Assembly (NCBI GenBank): GCA_963709345.1
Contig: CAVPVX010000011.1
Span: 128,001 to 192,000 of the forward strand
DNA from: an uncultured Actinomycetes bacterium
GTDB taxonomy: Bacteria > Actinomycetota > Thermoleophilia > UBA2241
DNA length: 64,000 nt
Reading direction: 5' to 3'
Shown: positions 63,126 through 64,000 of the stretch, piece by piece
How positions within the stretch are numbered: position 1 is the first letter of the stretch
How the letters are laid out: each line of letters starts with the position of its first letter
Notes under the pieces: model-generated
The model's database searches: none
What the model was told of the DNA's origin: nothing
Seen by the model: the letters and a program-made list of their open reading frames with translations, nothing else
Program-made: the position numbers and the translations under genes

Positions 63126-64000
63126 ATGCCCCCGCTCCTGAAGCTGATCCTCATACGGATCGGCCTCGGCTTGCTCACGCTTCTGCTGGTGTCCATGGTC
63201 GTGTTCGTCGCGACGCAGGCTCTCCCGGGCGACACCGCCAAGGCGATCCTCGGCAGGGAGGCGGCCAACAAGGACCGCTACGAGGCGCTCAAGGAGCAAC
63301 TCGGGCTCAACAAGCCGGTCACGTCGCAGTACTTGGACTGGCTCGGCGGCGTGGTCACCGGCGACCTCGGCGACTCGCTCGCTCAGGGCTCGCCGGTCAC
63401 GGAGCTCATCGGCAGGCGCGTCATCAACACCTTCATCCTGGTGTTCGTCGCGGCTCTGGTGAGCGTGCCCGTCTCGCTCCTCTTGGGCTCCCTCACCGCG
63501 TTACGAAGAGACACCAAGTTCGACGGCACCGTCACTGTCGGCAGCCTGTCGCTGGCGGCGCTGCCGGAGTTCGTTATCGGCATCTTCCTCATCCTCCTGT
63601 TCGCGACCCAGGTGTTCCGTATCCTGCCGGCGACGTCTCTCGTGGATTCGAGCCTGCCGATCCTGCAGCAGCTCGACCTGTTCGTCCTGCCGGCGCTCAC
63701 GCTGACGCTCGCGGTGGCGCCGTACATCACGCGCATCCTGCGCGCCAGCACGATCGAGGTGCTCGAGAGCGAGTACGTGATGATGGCGCGCCTCAAGGGA
63801 CTGCCCGAGCGGCTGGTGCTCAACCGGCACGCGCTTCCCAATGCGCTGGCGCCGGCGCTTCAGGTCACGGCGCTCAACCTCGCGTGGCTGGCCGGCGGCG
63901 TCGTCGTGGTCGAGTACCTCTTCGCCTTCCCCGGCATCGGCTCGCTGCTCGTCGACTCTGTCGCCAACCGCGACATGCCCATGGTGCAGGCGATCACGTT
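63126..64000 (+). CDS. DppB/OppB-type ABC permease (runs off the window)
   Basis: Motifs LPGDTA..ILG, GDLGDSL, YVMMARLKGL, HALPNA, VVVEYLFAFPGIG, RDMPMVQ. Confidence 0.9.
   Translation, partial: MPPLLKLILIRIGLGLLTLLLVSMVVFVATQALPGDTAKAILGREAANKDRYEALKEQLGLNKPVTSQYLDWLGGVVTGDLGDSLAQGSPVTELIGRRVINTFILVFVAALVSVPVSLLLGSLTALRRDTKFDGTVTVGSLSLAALPEFVIGIFLILLFATQVFRILPATSLVDSSLPILQQLDLFVLPALTLTLAVAPYITRILRASTIEVLESEYVMMARLKGLPERLVLNRHALPNALAPALQVTALNLAWLAGGVVVVEYLFAFPGIGSLLVDSVANRDMPMVQAIT

Overview
High-GC bacterial DNA, most likely Actinomycetota (inferred from a GuaB3-type IMPDH, several leaderless genes and the ftsEX-M23-S41-rnr-smpB block). It holds housekeeping blocks (ftsEX/envC/ctpA/rnr/smpB/tRNA-Arg; murI/rph/rdgB; guaB/guaA), an accessory stretch after the tRNA (sulfatase, a DHH/mevalonate-kinase-like/HAD operon, a SulP-DUF47 fusion, ABC systems) and an M-box-controlled Mg2+ uptake pair. 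The main result is a methylamine-demethylation cluster at about 47.2-54.9 kb. The ORF track splits three of its genes at in-frame TAG codons lying exactly at the pyrrolysine position of MtbB (two copies) and MttB (one copy). The cluster also has a corrinoid protein, a corrinoid pseudogene, a non-Pyl MttB-superfamily gene and a TetR regulator with a candidate palindromic operator. A sulfotransferase/ATP sulfurylase/SulP module follows directly. No pylTSBCD genes or tRNA-Pyl are visible in the window, and TAG is still used as a normal stop in housekeeping genes. Many single-base frameshifts across the window look like sequencing or assembly errors. All family calls come from motif recognition by eye; no database search was run.
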